In this document: piece by piece, positions 62,981 to 64,000 of the stretch
Layout of the letters: each line of letters begins with the position of its first letter
Numbering within the stretch: the stretch's first letter is position 1
Source of the DNA: an uncultured delta proteobacterium
Lineage (GTDB): Bacteria > Myxococcota_A > Polyangia > Haliangiales > Haliangiaceae
Assembly: GCA_963848295.1 (NCBI GenBank)
Contig: CAWKDB010000010.1
Location: forward strand, 2,528,001-2,592,000
Direction of reading: 5' to 3'
DNA length: 64,000 nucleotides
Made by a program: the position numbers and the translations under genes
The notes under the pieces: model-generated
Seen by the model: the letters and a program-made list of their open reading frames with translations, nothing else
What the model was told of the DNA's origin: nothing
Database searches by the model: none

Positions 62981-63514
62981 ATGACCAAACCAAGCCTGTT
63001 CCTCGCCGTGCTCTCGATCGCCGCTTGCCGCGGCAACGCCGTCGCGCCTACCGCCGCACCGGCGCCAACGCCCGAGGCGATCGCGGCTCCTGCGGCTGCA
63101 CCCACGGTCGTCAACGGCTCGATCAAGCCGGCGACCGACGTGCGCTCCCTGCTCGGCCATCTGCAATACGAGGCGCAGCATCGGCCGGCGACCGCGGTCA
63201 ACGCCGACCACGTGCTCGACGTCGTCGACCGAGCCGGGCTCAAGCTCGAGCGCCGTCGCCAGTACCTCGGCTCGACCGTCAAGGCCGCGTACTGCGTCGG
63301 CGGTACGACGAGCGACGGCGTCGCGGTGTCGGCGTGCGAGTACCCGACGCCGGCCGCTGCCGCCGACGGGCTCGCGTACATGAACGGCGCGTTCAAGAAC
63401 ACGCAAGTCGCCAAGCGCGAGCAACGCGCCGCGACCGTGCTGTCGATCGCGAACCACGACGCTCGCAGCGATGGGCTCGTGCACGACGCCTTCAATCAAT
63501 TCGCCGCGCTCTAG
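62981..63514 (+). CDS. Hypothetical lipoprotein
   Basis: Lipobox 'IAAC'. Confidence 0.7.
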   Translation: MTKPSLFLAVLSIAACRGNAVAPTAAPAPTPEAIAAPAAAPTVVNGSIKPATDVRSLLGHLQYEAQHRPATAVNADHVLDVVDRAGLKLERRRQYLGSTVKAAYCVGGTTSDGVAVSACEYPTPAAAADGLAYMNGAFKNTQVAKREQRAATVLSIANHDARSDGLVHDAFNQFAAL

Positions 63515-63547
63515 GTCGATCACCAACCCCGGAAAAGGACAACCAGT

Positions 63548-64000
63548 ATGAAGCTACGGACGAAGTTACTCGGCGGCGCCACGGCGCTCGCCACGGTGTT
63601 GGCGCCGATCGCCGGCCTGGCGTCGAGCCACCGCGAGGCCCCGTTCATCTCGAAGAATCCGAAGGTCGACGGCACCGACTTCTACATCTTCAACAGCTAC
63701 GAGCCGGGACGCGCCGGGTACGTCACGATCCTGGCGAACTACGAGCCGCTGCAAGACGGCGCGGGTGGTCCGAACTTCTTCACGATGGATCCCGACGCGG
63801 TCTACGAGATCCACATCGACAACGACGGCGACGCGAAAGAGGACCTGACGTTCCAGTTCCAATTCCAGTCGACGCTCGCGAACGGCGGCGCCGGCCTCGC
63901 GCTCGACGTCGGTCCGACCGGCAACACGAAGTCGGTCGCGGTTCCGCTGACCAACATCGGCGGGATCACGAGCACGTCGTCGGCGGCGCAGAACGTGCTC
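63548..64000 (+). CDS. DUF4331 domain protein (5' partial)
   Basis: 'ASSHREAP...DGTDFYIF.SYE...GGPNFF..DPDAVYEIHIDNDGD'; runs off the window. Confidence 0.88.
   Translation, partial: MKLRTKLLGGATALATVLAPIAGLASSHREAPFISKNPKVDGTDFYIFNSYEPGRAGYVTILANYEPLQDGAGGPNFFTMDPDAVYEIHIDNDGDAKEDLTFQFQFQSTLANGGAGLALDVGPTGNTKSVAVPLTNIGGITSTSSAAQNVL

Overview
GC-rich bacterial DNA whose gene content (many Ser/Thr kinases, an FHA-sigma54 activator, Cys-rich lipoproteins, an ECF/anti-sigma module) suggests Myxococcota, possibly Kofleriaceae-like (inference). All calls come from motif recognition by eye; no searches were run. Left to right: (i) a sigma54-promoter stress cluster (M50-CBS protease, ChaB, USP) and a truncated transposase; (ii) a decayed ~6.7 kb island integrated in tRNA-Gly(CCC), with the promoter plus the 5' half of the tRNA duplicated at 11496-11571. 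It holds integrase, IS21 and IS3 remnants, a PIN/HTH toxin-antitoxin pair, a HExxH toxin-tip/immunity-like cassette and an interrupted ParB-like gene; (iii) a translationally coupled operon of a TLC/NTT nucleotide translocase, an Omp85-type barrel and a kinase-fold lipoprotein, the best candidate for an undescribed system; (iv) a kinase/FHA-sigma54 signalling locus with five TGTCCCGGGACA-like palindromes, each upstream of a -24/-12 promoter, plus an orphan RiPP-like precursor peptide; (v) peptidases, an ECF module, a HigBA-like pair and cbpA/cbpM; (vi) a divergent MetRS preceded by a Met-rich leader peptide with hairpins, then a TPR/HupE-UreJ/DUF4331 cluster running off the end.
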